Positions 1 through 11,990 of a DNA stretch of 64,000 nt are shown here, piece by piece (position 1 is the first letter of the stretch; the number at the start of each line of letters is the position of its first letter). The position numbers were made by a program, and so were the translations under genes. This stretch comes from Octopus sinensis (Eukaryota): contig NC_043016.1 of the NCBI RefSeq assembly GCF_006345805.1, forward strand, positions 25,668,001 through 25,732,000, written 5' to 3'. Below the pieces are notes generated by a model, which worked only from the letters and a program-made list of their open reading frames with translations, was not told the DNA's origin and did no database searches.

Positions 1-550
1 ATGCATCGGGTTGATACCAACCTACCAGAAACTAACTTGGTTCTATAATACAAATTTCATGTTTTAAAATTGAAACCTTCCATCAACATTTTGTAATAAT
101 TCATGTTTCCAACACCAGCTTAATAATTACAACTTTAATTTACTAAATTACTCATTATTTAAAAAAAATTTATTGGAATTAAAGCAGTGTATTTTCAATT
201 GAAATATGGTAAAAAAAAAAAGGGTGGGGCGGAAATGATCTATATTAACACCATCCAAATTTCATGCTAATTTTTGTACCAAACGTCAACTTAATGACAA
301 TGCTATTTTATTAAATTCTACATTACTTTCAAAATTAATTGAAATAAAGGCTGTGCATTTCAACAGAAATATGGTAACAAAAGAGTTACAGTGATCTAAA
401 TAGAAACGTTCCATCAAAGTTTCATGTTAATTTTTGATCCAAATATCAACTTAAAAACAACAGAAGTTATTTTACTAATTTGTTCATTGCTCTCAAAATT
501 GAAATTAAGGCAATGTGCTTCAGCTGAACTACCGTAACAAAAGGGTGAAC
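1..550 (+). mobile_element. TTAA-type (piggyBac-like) MITE family M1, three tandem ~157-bp units
   Basis: Unit GTGATCTAAAT...CCATCAAAATTTCATGTTAATTT...CAACAGAAATATGGTAACAAAAGGGTTAA repeats, with units starting near 70, 233 and 390. Other copies at about 890-1181(-), 21205-21655, 25675-25860(-), 30195-30465, 32129-32878, 36512-36724, 43850-43975(-), 54540-54808(-) and 57128-57280. Consensus ends TTAA|CCCTTT...AAAGGG|TTAA. Confidence 0.7.
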
Positions 551-564
551 ATAATTTCTGTTGG

Positions 565-890
565 TCAGCATCGCCTTACTGGCACATGAAAAAGAATTCG
601 AGCAAGGTCATTGCCAGTGCTGCTGGACTGTGCAGGTGGCACGTAAAAAACACACCATTTAAACATGGCCTTTGCCAGTACCGCCTGACTGGCCCTCATG
701 CTGGTGGCATGTAAAAGCAACCACTACACTCTCGGAGTGGTTGGCATTAGGAAGAGCATCCAGCTGTAGAAACTCTGCCAGATCAAGATTGGAGTCTGGT
801 GCAGCCATCTGGTTTGCCAGACCTCAGTCAAATTGTTCAATCCATGCTACATGGAAAGCAGATGTTTAATGATGATGATGATGATGATGA
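565..890 (+). mobile_element. RTE LINE 3' UTR/tail fragment
   Basis: Three GGTGGCAYGTAAAA-like motifs, GGTTGGCATTAGGAAGAGCATCCAGCTGTAGAAA and a terminal (ATG)n. Same tail as the RTE ORF-bearing copy at 30812-31776. Confidence 0.8.
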
Positions 891-1181
891 TAATTTCATT
901 GTAAAATAGGAATAGTTGCTAAAAGTTTTGTTGGAGAGAGAGGGTTCGGTCTGTGCATGCTTGACACTTCTGTTTCTATATTTCTTTTGAAATACACTGT
1001 TTTTAATTTCAATGAATTTTAAAAAATAATGAAGAAGAATATAGTAAAATAACTTTGTCATTATTAAGCTGACATTTGAAATTTTAATGGCAAATTTTAA
1101 AACTTAGATCATTTTAAAAATAGGAAGCTTGTTCCATAGAACCAGGGGTGGTTTCAGGCAGGTCGGTATCAAAAGGATTAA
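890..1181 (-). mobile_element. MITE M1 copy, reverse orientation
   Basis: Reverse complement of the unit at 1-550; ends GGTATCAAAAGGATTAA. Confidence 0.7.
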
Positions 1182-1474
1182 AGAGGATAACGAATGAGCC
1201 AATCTAAAACGGCAATTTAGGAAAGACAATGGGTGAGAGATACTCATGAGACTTGTTTTCAGTAAAAGATTTGTCAATAAAAGCTGATTATTTGTTCCAC
1301 TAAAAATTTCAAGCTGGACAAAGTTTTGCATTTTCACATTTTAATTCTACGACAGCTCCTTTCAGTGTCATGTGTGTGTTGGAATTATAGTTTCTCTGGT
1401 CATGTGGAATACACAATAGTAGAGGCGAAATTAATCTATTCTATTTAGAACACAAAAAAGTCTTTGTCATAATT

Positions 1475-1509
<35 letters not shown>

Positions 1510-1527
1510 AGTGTGTGTGTATATATG

Positions 1528-1560
<33 letters not shown>

Positions 1561-1695
1561 TGTGTTACATGCACACACACAAACACATGCTCACACACAG
1601 TTATGTCAATCATTGTTTTCTCTGTCTGTCTACACCTCTACCACCACCACCATCACTACTACTAATACTACTTTTAGAGACAGAACACTGCAGAT

Positions 1696-1726
<31 letters not shown>

Positions 1727-1963
1727 TGTTATAATTTCAACTAACTCAAAATGGTATTTCAACCTTTTGTTTAGCTTCACCTTGTGACAGTACCATTTTG
1801 TTGTTGCTTACCAACATTCCATTCAGACTATCAGACTATTTAACCAAAGAGTTTCGGTTGTCTGTATTACTCTTCTTTTCATTCAGCAGACAAGAATTTT
1901 TACTTGTATGTTTTATTAGATTTTATTCCTCCTCCCTCTCCATTTTGAACTAAACTACATCAG

Positions 1964-1985
1964 CAAAGATAACCACCACAATCAG
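1964..1985 (+). CDS. candidate 22-nt microexon of an unidentified host gene
   Basis: AG-free pyrimidine-rich stretch, catcag|CAAAGATAACCACCACAATCAG|gtatga; two frames open. Splice-signal evidence only. Confidence 0.2.
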
Positions 1986-2084
1986 GTATGATGGAGTGGT
2001 AGAAACAGATGACTCTGACAAAAAGACAAAAAAGAAAGAAAGAAAGAAAAATCTTTCAGTAATAAACGACTTCATTATACTGTA

Positions 2085-2503
2085 TCCAATTTTTCTTTTA
2101 ATTGTGTCAGTTATTGGACCACATCTGTACTAGGGTACTGCACTAAATGGTTTAAGTCAAATAAATTGACTCCAGTTCTTTTTTTTTTCTTTCTGTTTTT
2201 AAAGTCTGATACTAATTCTATCAGTTGCTTTTGTCAAGCTGCTAAGTTATAGAGACATACACAATCCAACACCACTTGTCAAGCAGTGGAAAGGAACACC
2301 CAAAGACACACACACACACTTATATAAACGGTAGGCTTCCTCACAGTTTTTATCTACCAAAATTGCTCAGACTCTATTGATTGGTCTACTAATATAGTAG
2401 TAGTAGTAGTAGTGGACAGTTCAAGATACCACATAGTTGAAATGAACTCAGGACCACATGGTTGCAGAGAGAGTGTCTTAACTGCACATGTGTGCTTATG
2501 CCT
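2085..2503 (-). mobile_element. diverged SINE family A copy
   Basis: Degenerate match to the reverse complement of 53105-53512; a similar relic lies at 3170-3400. Confidence 0.65.
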
Positions 2504-3429
2504 ATCCAATGATTTCGTTTTTTTCCAAGTTCTTTTCCCCTGGTTTTCCCTCCCCCAGCTCATGATATTATAGTAGCTGTTAACTTCTGGTCAGCTCTGA
2601 TCTAGCAAACCTACAATCCAAGGCATTCCAACCATGACTGTCCTGTATTATTTTTAAACATCATATCCCCTGTTTGCATTATTAAGTATGTTTGCTTTTT
2701 TCCCCCCTGTTTTTTAAAAAACAGTCTAGGTTTAATTTGAGGGAGATATAGCTACGTTTGTTTTGCAAGGCCTCATAAAGTCTTCATTGTTAGCAGCAGA
2801 TGATGGTGGTGGTGGTGATGACCAACTTAACTTTCCTGGGAATGCTTTAAGTGCCACCTCTATCTTCTCTAATATAAACGAATAAATAAATAATATGAAA
2901 AATATATTGATAATATAAGAAAAACAAGATAGACACGATAATATATATCTTCCATGTGTTGCTTGCTATATTCAGCTACTCAGTAGTGTGTTATGTAGAT
3001 AAGAGGGAACTAACTGCCATCACCACCATCTCCTGACCTCCTCCATGCACCGGCAGGATGCTAGTCTATCACAGTTAACACACCTGGAAGATGTGGTGCC
3101 TTATATCATATACTGACACCTATACCAACCAAACTCTCAGCTAAATGAACTGCGACATGACTCGTTCCACTCTTCATTGGACTGTGGCCATGGTTGGGCA
3201 CAACCCCTGAAGGGTTTTAATTGAAGTAATCGACTCTAGTACTTGTATTCTAAGTGGTAGTACTTACTTATTCCATCTCTTTTACTGAACTACCAAGTTA
3301 CAAGGACAGAAACAAACCAACAAGTGTGTCAAGGTGGGACTGACGCCCAAAACATTTGGATGTAAAGTCAACTTCTTAATTATGCAGCCATGTCTGTGCC
3401 TGTATAGAGGATTATCATTATTATTGTCA

Positions 3430-3435
3430 TCGGCG

Positions 3436-3467
<32 letters not shown>

Positions 3468-3887
3468 TAGGCAGCAAGCTGGCAGAATCGTTAGTATGGC
3501 GAGCAAAATGTTTAGTAGTATTTCATCTGTAATTACATTTCGAGTTCAAGTTCTGTCAAAGTTGACTTTCCCTTTCGTCCTTTTCAAAGTTGATAAAACA
3601 AGTACCAATTGAGCATTTGGGTCAATGTAATCAACTTACTCCCTCCCCAGAAATTGTTGGTATTGTGCCAAAATTTAAAACCATTATTATTATTGTTGTT
3701 GTTGTTGTTGTTGCAGCAAACTGGTAGAATTGTTAGCACACAGACCAAAATGCTTAGTGACATTTTGTCTATCTTTACATTCCGAGTTCAAATTCTGCTG
3801 AGATCTTTGCCTTTCATCCTTTTGGGAGTCGATAAAATAATTACCAGTCGAGCTCTGATGTTGATGTAAATGACTTATTCCTAATTC

Positions 3888-3920
<33 letters not shown>

Positions 3921-3960
3921 CATCATCATCACTATCATTATTATTATTATTATTACTGAG
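3430..3960 (+). mobile_element. two head-to-tail SINE family B (Nin/Deu-domain-like) copies within (ATT)n/(GTT)n
   Basis: GGCAGCAAGCTGGCAGAATCGTTAG head, GAGTTCAA B-box-like motif, CTTTGCCTTTCATCCTTTTGGGAGTCGATAAAATAATTACCAG central domain. Confidence 0.75.
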
Positions 3961-4232
3961 GACGCATGGCCTAGTGTTGCACTCACGATTGTGATATCAT
4001 GGTTTCAATACCTAGACCAGGTAGGGCATTGTGTTCTTGGGCAAAATTCTGCAATCACTTTTAGTACCTGACATGTGGTACACCATGCGCCTGTTCAGGC
4101 AATGTTGATTTGATGAAGAGAGTAAGTTCATGTATGACACATACATTTGATTACTTACTATAAACAAATCATTTGTGCAGGTCATTTGGAAAAAGTTGAA
4201 CATCCATACATTGTCTTCAACAGGAGAATTCA
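3955..4232 (+). mobile_element. tRNA-headed CORE-type SINE with a distinct tail
   Basis: GAGGACGCATGGCCTAGTG...GGTTTCAATACC...TTGTGTTCTTGGGCAAAA head matches 59182-59285; the tail differs and ends in (ATC/ATT)n. Confidence 0.55.
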
Positions 4233-4247
4233 TTATCATCATCATCG

Positions 4248-4293
<46 letters not shown>

Positions 4294-4344
4294 GGTGGCA
4301 AGCTGGCAGATTCATTAGTGTGCTTGACAAAATTCTTATATATA

Positions 4345-4540
4345 TTGATAGAAATGGTAAGACAATAAAAGAATAAAAGAGACCTCAATATTATGTAAAT
4401 AGAGGATTTTATCTGTAAACGTAATATGTGACAATTATTCGGTAGCCATGATAAAACATTAGAGTTTCGGATGATGGGGTGGAAATCCACACCAGCATCT
4501 CTTCAGTTATCCAGCCATAGGAAAAAATGCTATTTTCTTG
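4345..4540 (-). mobile_element. Penelope-like pseudo-LTR fragment, family P1
   Basis: Matches 59990-60175 in opposite orientation; partial same-orientation copy at 4903-4985; contains a hammerhead motif. Confidence 0.6.
4450..4511 (-). ncRNA. type-I hammerhead ribozyme motif (canonical core)
   Basis: GAUAA CUGAAGA GAUGCUGGUGUGG-AUUU-CCACCCCAUCAUC C GAAA C(UCUAAU)G UU UUAUC: 5-bp stem I, long stem II, short stem III, GUU triplet. Confidence 0.65.
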
Positions 4541-4544
4541 GCAA

Positions 4545-4697
4545 CAGGCTTCTTTCAGTTTCCACCTACCAAATCCACTCACAAGACTTTGGTCGGCCTG
4601 AGGCTATAGTAGAAGACACTTGCCCAAGGTGCCACTCAGTGGAACTGAACCCAGAACCATGTGGTTGGTAAGCAAGCTACTTACCACACAGCCACTA
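4545..4697 (-). mobile_element. SINE family A, 5' half
   Basis: Close match to the reverse complement of the head at 53110-53265. Confidence 0.85.
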
Positions 4698-4726
4698 CTT
4701 TATATATAGTTTTTTTTATTTTATTT

Positions 4727-4824
4727 TTAATATCTAGCAGAAATAACAAGACTCGAGGTCCGAGAATTTTTTGTGTTGGCAATGAAACTCTCAAACCTTG
4801 AATCTTGTTACTTCTAAATATTAA
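4727..4824. repeat. imperfect foldback (~40-bp arms)
   Basis: Left arm AATATCTAGCAGAAATAACAAGACTCGAGGTCCGAGAATTT; reverse complement of right arm AATATTTAGAAGTAACAAGATTCAAGGTTTGAGAGTTT. Confidence 0.8.
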
Positions 4825-5189
4825 TAAAAATATACATGTACTCATATTTTGAGTTTTATTTCTCTTGTTTGCATCAACACACACACACGCGCGCGCGCGT
4901 AAATATAATATGTGACAATTATTCGGTAGTCATGATAAAACTTTGAGTTTTGGATGTCGGGGAAAAAATGCTATTTTCAGAGTGTGTGTTCTGTTTATTT
5001 TGTTAATAATATTGGATGCACTCTGTCCCTCATGGATATGTATGCATATTTCTACTATATGCATGCGTGTGTCTGCATGTACACACACATACAGTTTGGA
5101 AACAAAACAAATGAGTTGGTGACAAGAAAGGCATCCGTCCATGCAAGCAATGAAAAGTGGATACATGTATGTATGTGTATGTATATATA

Positions 5190-5245
<56 letters not shown>

Positions 5246-6284
5246 CAAATTCTAAATTTTCATGCTCTTCGGTCTAATGTGCAATTTCCCCACATACTCT
5301 AGACTTACCTTATTCCTCTTGCTACCCCACTTCCCTTCTCCCTTGGAGCTCACCAGCATCTCCACTCGTACCCTTCCTGCCTACCTTTCACTATCCACAT
5401 CTCAACCTTCACTGCTTCTACACTAACGCATGGTCAACACACTAACACAGCTTACACACACAACAATTTCTGTCCCCCCCCCCACTGTTCACTCATCTCT
5501 TAAAAAATGGCAAATATTGTACCCCTTCTGCCACCTTCTTTCTAGACCATGTGCATTATGTCTAGGTTTTTATCTGCTTATCAATATTTTTTTTCTCTGT
5601 GGATTTTATCAGCTTCCTCTTTACAGATATTTTTTCTTTATGGATTTTACATGTTTCTTACCATTCTCTGGAAAATTCTACCAAACTCTTCAAGACCTCT
5701 TGCTGTTGATGTGTAGTAAATTCTTAATTTCTTTGACTTTTCCTCTCTTCACAGAATTCATTTTTCTCTTGTTATCAAACTTTAGTTTTGAAATTCTTTG
5801 TGAAAAATGTTTTCATACTTTGTATTTTTGTTATTTCAGTTGGACACACCGTTCATCAATACGTTTATTACCTCAACGCTCACATCCAGTCTCACCTGCT
5901 TGAATTCAAACTTTCAATGACATACATGCTCCCATCAAATCTCCACCCCTTATTGCCTGTTTCAAAACATAGATACACTTTTATAATTGCATCAGTGCAT
6001 CTACACATTTGTTTCACCTTTCTGCTTTCTTAATTCCTCACCCCATAGATTATTTCTCTTTCCCTGTATGCTAATCTCTTTCATTCTCTAATGAATGGCT
6101 AATGTTGAAAATGCTAAAACCTGCTTTCTATCCATTAATACAGAACTGTAATACCTCATTTGTCACACAGGCACATTATATATATATATAATGTGATTCA
6201 TTTACAAAATAACTTTCCTTCTACAAACATGGATTGTAAACCTCTTATGATACCATGAAATTGTTATATTATTGCCAATTTTGT

Positions 6285-6319
6285 TGGTCATGATTAGCAA
6301 AAGCAAAACCGGTCGACTA
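6285..6319 (+). ncRNA. minimal hammerhead-like motif with A3-U8 core, probably inactivated (G12A)
   Basis: UGGUC AUGAUUA GC-AAAA-GC AAAA CCGG UC GACUA; palindromic stem III ACCGGU, GUC triplet. Confidence 0.4.
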
Positions 6320-6464
6320 TGTAAATATTTTATCTCATAAAAATAAATTCTGTGCATTTTCCTTTTTTTATGTATATATCAGAGTGGAAGTTATGGTATA
6401 TATTTCAACACTTGATGGTATATGCTATTCAGGAATATAAATATAATTGATTTTGTAATGTTGG

Positions 6465-6675
6465 TTTCAAATTTTGGCACAAGGCTAGCAATTTCAGGGA
6501 GAGAGTATAAAGTCAATTGCATTGACACCAGTGTTCAACTACTTATTTTATTAACCCTGAAAGGATAAATGGTAAAGTTGACCTCAGCAGAATTTGAACT
6601 CAGAACTTAAAAATGGATGAAATGCCACTAAGCATTTTGCCCAGCATGCTAAAAATTCTGTCAGCTTGGTGCCTT
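6465..6675 (-). mobile_element. SINE family B copy (short GGCCTTGTGCCAAAATTTGAAACC tail type)
   Basis: Reverse complement of the B head and central domain. Confidence 0.8.
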
Positions 6676-6756
6676 ATTTGATTTTGTAATATTACAAAGC
6701 ATTACTGTTTACCATGTGCATCTCATTAGACATACGTTCACAGTAAAGCATATATT

Positions 6757-7089
6757 TATTGGCTACAGACAAATCTAGTTATATTAATTAATCTATGTGA
6801 AATATCATTACATTTTTTACTGGAACTGTTGTGATGATGTAATATATATATATACACAGTGATCATTAAATCAGGGATTTGATTCCTGAACCAGAATATA
6901 TATGTATGTTTTCCAATTTGGGAATCAAATCCATGACTTAATGTTCACTAGGTCAATACTCTAATCATTATATCATGTGTTTTTCACTGTAAATGTATCT
7001 GTTACATCATCACAAGGGTTTCAATGAATAGCATAGTGGCGTTTCATATAAATTAATAAATATAGCTAAATTTATGTCTGTAGCCAATA
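6757..7089. repeat. nested imperfect foldback
   Basis: Outer arms 6757-6862 and 6985-7089; inner arms 6858-6896 and 6911-6950. Confidence 0.85.
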
Positions 7090-7696
7090 CTGCCATCTTT
7101 GATATCCCAGTTTTGATAAACATCTGTAGCTAACTGTTACCTCACAGTTTGATAAATATGATATAGTATTTCATAGAAGGTAAGGTGTAGTTTGAGAAAA
7201 TAATGCTGTTCCACTATCTGATGAATAATGTTGCGCTGCTTGGAAACAAATGGGGAGGAGGAGGAGGTGGTAGGAAAGGCATCTGGCTGTAGAAAACCTA
7301 CTTCAGTTAATTTTGTCTAACCCATGCAAGCATGTAAATGTAGATGTTAAAACAATGATGACGTACTGTTTACTGATGAAACACTAGTACACGTTTATTT
7401 CTAGATTTAATTCTTGAAACTATCAGTGTATTGTCTTTGAGAGTAAGGCACATACAGCTAAAATGAACATCAGCCAAGAGCTGGTGAAGCCCTCTTCTTT
7501 CAGGCATTTCATTCTAAATGTTCCACTAAGTCAAAAGATAGGAGGGCTGAGTATATAGGCACCTAAAACAAATTAGTGAATGCATGGTACAATACTACTG
7601 AGTCGTACCTGCTTGTGAGTGATAATTACAGTTTATATATACATATGAATATATTATATATATTTGTGTGTGTGTTTATGTGCATGTGTGTGCATG

Positions 7697-7728
<32 letters not shown>

Positions 7729-7739
7729 CACACATATAT

Positions 7740-8770
7740 GTTGGTGCCACATAAAAAACACTCAGTCCATTCTATGGGGTGGTTGGTGCTAGGAAGGTCA
7801 TCCAGCTGTAAAACTATGCCAAAATAGGCATAATAGCCTAGGGTAGTCTTCTACCTGGCTGGCTCATGTCAAACCATCCAACCCATGACAGCTTGGAAGA
7901 CTGATGTTGAATGATGATGATGATGACATATGCATCATTACCAGTTAATGTCTGTTTTTCTGGAATTGGTTGGGCAGATGCTGCACCAGGCTTCATTGCT
8001 TTGACATGGTTTCTATTGCTGGAAGCCCTTCCTGTCACCAACCACTTTACAGAGCGTATTGGATGGTTTTCATGCGGCACCAGCACCAGCCAGTTGCCAA
8101 GTACCTTGCAAAAGGAACACCCCCCCTCCCGTCAGCTGGGAAGTAGAAGCAGTATTGAGGGTGGGAGTGGTTTTGTACCAGTTGACGAGAGATTAAAGGT
8201 ATAGAGGGACACAGATAGGTGTTTTCTGTACAATGGAAACACGGATGCTCTGGTTGGAAAAGAAAGGAAGAGAGTAAGATAAAAAGAGTGGTTAAGTCAG
8301 AGTAAAATAGAGAGAGCAATAATGAGAGAGATGTGGTGAAGATGTGTTGGGGGCACATGCCCTTTGGGGTGAGGGGCATTGAAGGTGGGGGACAGTGAGT
8401 GAGAATAAGTGAGGTGATGCAGAGGTTTGGACTAAGTGAATGGGTAGGATAGTGGTGACGGTGGCAAATATGATAGGGTGAAATATAGAAGCTGGGTGGA
8501 GGCTGCATTAGATATGTGAGGGTACTGAGGGTGATAACAGATAAGCAAGGTATTAACCACACAGGGAGAGAAGGCACAGAAAGGAGGTGATTGCTGAAGA
8601 CAGTAGGGGTGAGTTTGGGGAGTAGAGATAATGGGGCGGGGGTGGGGTGAAGGAAGGAAGCTAACTGAGAAAGTAGGTGGGAGGGATGTGGTGTGTGCCT
8701 ATTCTGCTCTCAGGTGATAGAGAAGTGATAGGTATTGGGATGAACTGAGGAGGTAAATGGTTGGTGGTAT
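7740..8770. mobile_element. tail-to-tail pair of RTE 3' ends (+ 7740-7928; - 7930-8770 with purine-rich UTR)
   Basis: GGAAGG(G/T)CATCCAGC motif and (ATG)n on +; CCCTTCCTGTCACCAACCACTTT reverse motif on -; the GA-rich block resembles 38000-38370 and 49880-50045. Confidence 0.65.
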
Positions 8771-8907
8771 GTGTGTGGGTGCTCACACACACATACACAC
8801 ACACACACACATATATATTCAACATGTTTTCATACTGCTCTTCCAGTTCACTAAAATTCGCAAGGCATTGGCTGAGTAAATGGTATGGTAGAAAAGAAAT
8901 ATTTGCT

Positions 8908-9148
8908 CAAGGTGGCGAGCTGGCAGAAATATTAGCATGCTGGGTGAAATGCCTAACGATATTTTGTCTGTGTTACTCTCTGAGTTCAAATGCCGCTAAG
9001 GTCAACTTTGCCTTTCATCCCTTTGCGGTCGATAAGTTAAGTACCAGTTACGCACTGGAGTCGATGTAATCAACTTGATCCCTTTGTCTGTCCTTGTTTG
9101 TCCCCCTCTATGTTTAGCCCCTTGGGCACAATAAAAAAATAAGAAATA
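8908..9148 (+). mobile_element. SINE family B, full length with TSD
   Basis: Flanking direct repeat AAGAAATATTTGCTCAAG at 8894-8911 and 9141-9158, partly overlapping the element ends. Confidence 0.9.
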
Positions 9149-10354
9149 TTTGCTCAAGTTATATCCTTTGACATATTTGCAAAGCAAGCTTATACACACA
9201 CACACAAACATGTACGAACATCTATCTATCTATCTGTCTGGCCATTGTTGTTTGTATCTCTTCATGACTACATAGGCACCTAAAAACAATTCGCAAAAGA
9301 TTGGTACATGCTACCAATTCATACTCACTTGCAGGAGACAAATTGTATGCTATTTCACACACACACACACACATGTGTGTGTGTGTGTGTGTGCATGTAT
9401 ACTTTAGACTATGAGTGTTTTGGCCACTGGTTGTCTTCAGGTGCACTCACATGAGCAACATTAGTCATTTCCAGTCTTCTATGGAAATATTCTGGCCATC
9501 ATGGTGTTCATGGTTTCAAAGAACTACAGAATGTATTATTAACCCTGTTTGGAAACAAATATAAGTTGGTGACAAAAAGAGCCGGGTATAGAAAATTTGT
9601 AGAAAATCTGCCACAATAAAACTTCATTTGTTGTAGGATCAGTCAAGCAATTGTGGTAAATTGCAGTAGGTTAGTCTCTAGTATAAACATGGTTTGCATA
9701 ACAAATATAGATGGTTTGATAATTGATCAATAAGATTTATTAATCAATGCATCACATACAGTTCATCCCATATCAAGATTTGAACATTTCCAATAACAGG
9801 TATTATACAACTGCATATATAATGTAAAAAAAAATATAAGCAAGATATACCTATCTATCGATTATATTGTATTTATGATATTCTGTTGTTTTATATGGAT
9901 ATTGTAATGCTATTTCACTGAAAATATGACTATAGATATGTATATGTAGCTTATACCATGACTGACAAATCCTCCTATTTTCTTCATTCAGCTTTCTTCT
10001 ACTTCACTTCAGTTGAATTTCATTGGATGTTTTGATCATGTGACAAATAGTTAATGAATATATGCCTACTACTTAACTCTGAGACACTAACCACACATTG
10101 ATTTTTCTCCTCACTCTTTCACTCCCCACTCTTCCTTTCTTTGAAATTTCATTCATTCTTTCCTTATCCTTTTTTTTTTCTTCTTTCTCTGCCACAAAAT
10201 ACTACATTGTCTTACTATTATTTCACTTTTTATCCTTGCTTTTTTCTTCTTCTATCTCTGTTGTTGTTGTTGTTGTTGTTATTGTCAATACTAGTAGAAG
10301 TAGTAGTGTTTTATTTTTTTCTCTAATTTTTCCATTATCAACTTTATTCTCCAG

Positions 10355-10400
10355 TCTTTGCAATGCTTTAGTGTTTGTTAAAAATTTTAACAGAATGGAA
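10355..10400 (+). CDS. candidate 46-nt cassette exon (LCNALVFVKNFNRME, phase 2 to 0)
   Basis: ctaat branch-like motif near 10323, ttattctccag acceptor, weak GAA|gtagga donor, open frame. Confidence 0.2.
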
Positions 10401-10496
10401 GTAGGAGGAGTTGCTTTTCATTTGGTTTTTCTTTTTGTTTTAGATGTTCTTTTATTGTTAGTTCTCCTTTTATCTCTCTCTATCTCTCTCTCTCTA

Positions 10497-10529
<33 letters not shown>

Positions 10530-10911
10530 AAGTGTACAACTGTTAGCTATTCTTATTCAAGAAATAGTCTTAAGATATTTTCTTTTAGTTAAGTCTAACC
10601 CATCCCTCTCTCTGTCTCTCTTACTCCCTCCCATTCTCTCTCTCTCTCTCTCTCTCTCTCTTACTTATGCCCTCTCTTTTTGTCATTGACTTTATGCTAC
10701 TCTCCATTTAACTACCTCCCATTACAATGACTATGATTGTATAGTTTAAAAGTTTGCTTCTCAACCACGTGGTTCTCGGTTCAGTCCCACTGTGTGGCAC
10801 CTTCGGTCTTCCATGAAAACATGTCTGACCATGGAGGAGATATTAAACCTTACTTGGAAATGGGTGACGAAGGGTGTTCCCTCTGACCCATGCTAGCTTA
10901 AACAATGATGA

Positions 10912-11256
10912 TGTGGCTGTGTGGTTAGAAGCTTGCTTCTCACCTACATGGTTCTGAGTTCAGTCTCACTGCATGGCACCTTGGGTGTCTTCTACAATAG
11001 ACTCAGGCCGACCAAAGCCTTGTGAGTGGATTTGGTAGACAGAAACTGAACGAAGCCCGTCATATATATATATATATATTATATATATATGCGTGTCTTT
11101 GTGTCTGTTTGTCCCCCCCCCATCATTACATGACAGCCAATGTTGGTGTGTTTCATGTATCAGGCTTACAAAGAATAAGTTAGGGGTTGATTTCTTCGAC
11201 TAAAAGGCAGTGCTCCAGCGTGGCCCCGGTCAAATGATTGAAACAAGTAAAAGAAT
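10912..11256 (+). mobile_element. SINE family A with internal deletion
   Basis: Head, central (TA)n and CAAATGATTGAAACAAGTAAAAGA tail. Confidence 0.85.
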
Positions 11257-11607
11257 AAATAAATATATATATCACCATCCTCATCATGTTCATTTAAGTT
11301 CTGTTTTCCATGCTGGCAAGAGTTGGATGACCTGAGAGCAATTGTCAAGACCAGGGGCCACTCCAGGTTTCATAGTCTGTTTTGATATGGTTTCTACAGC
11401 TGGGTGCCCTTCCTAATGCCAACAACTTTTCAGAGTGTACTAGGTACTTTTTATGTGCATCATCATCAGTGCTTTTCACGCAGCACCAAATATATATATA
11501 TATATAATCATTGTTTTAACATCCTCTTTCCTATGCTTGCATGAGTTGGAGGAATGTCCTTCTTCTTATTTAACTCTCACCTCTTTCCAAGCAAAGTAAT
11601 ATTTCCT

Positions 11608-11990
11608 CAGTGGCTGTGTGGTAAGTAGATTGCTTATGGACCACATGGCTCCGGGTTCAGTCGCACTGCGTAGCACCTTGTGCAAGTGTCTTCTACTATA
11701 GTCTCGGGCCGACCAAAGCCTTGTGAATGGATTTGGTAGACGGAAACTGAAAGAAGCCCGTCATATATATGTATATATATATATGTTTGTGTGTCTGTGT
11801 TTGTCCCCCCCAACATCACTTGACAACCAATGCTGGTGTGTTTATGTCTCCATAACTTAGCAGTTCAGCAAAAAGAGATTTATAGAATAAGTACTTGGCT
11901 TACAAAGAATAAGTCCTGGGGTCGATTTGCCTGACTAAAGGCGGTGCTCCAGCATGGCCACAGTCAAATGACTGAAACAAGTAAAAGAGT
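11608..11990 (+). mobile_element. SINE family A, near full length
   Basis: A-box-like TGGCTGTGTGG, B-box-like GGTTCAGTC, central microsatellite, conserved tail. Confidence 0.9.

Noticed and set aside
6085-6120. CTAATGAATGGCTAATGTTGAAA degenerate hammerhead at the end of a C-rich block
   Set aside because: G5 is lost and the stems are weak; the PLE identity of 5280-6160 could not be shown from translation.
7372-7430. CTGATGA...GAAACTATC hammerhead-like string
   Set aside because: Stem I does not pair in register and stem II is not evident; at most a decayed relic.
11634-11819. Recurrent short ORF ...[33 protein letters not shown] in many places
   Set aside because: It is the antisense translation of the SINE A head, not a gene family.
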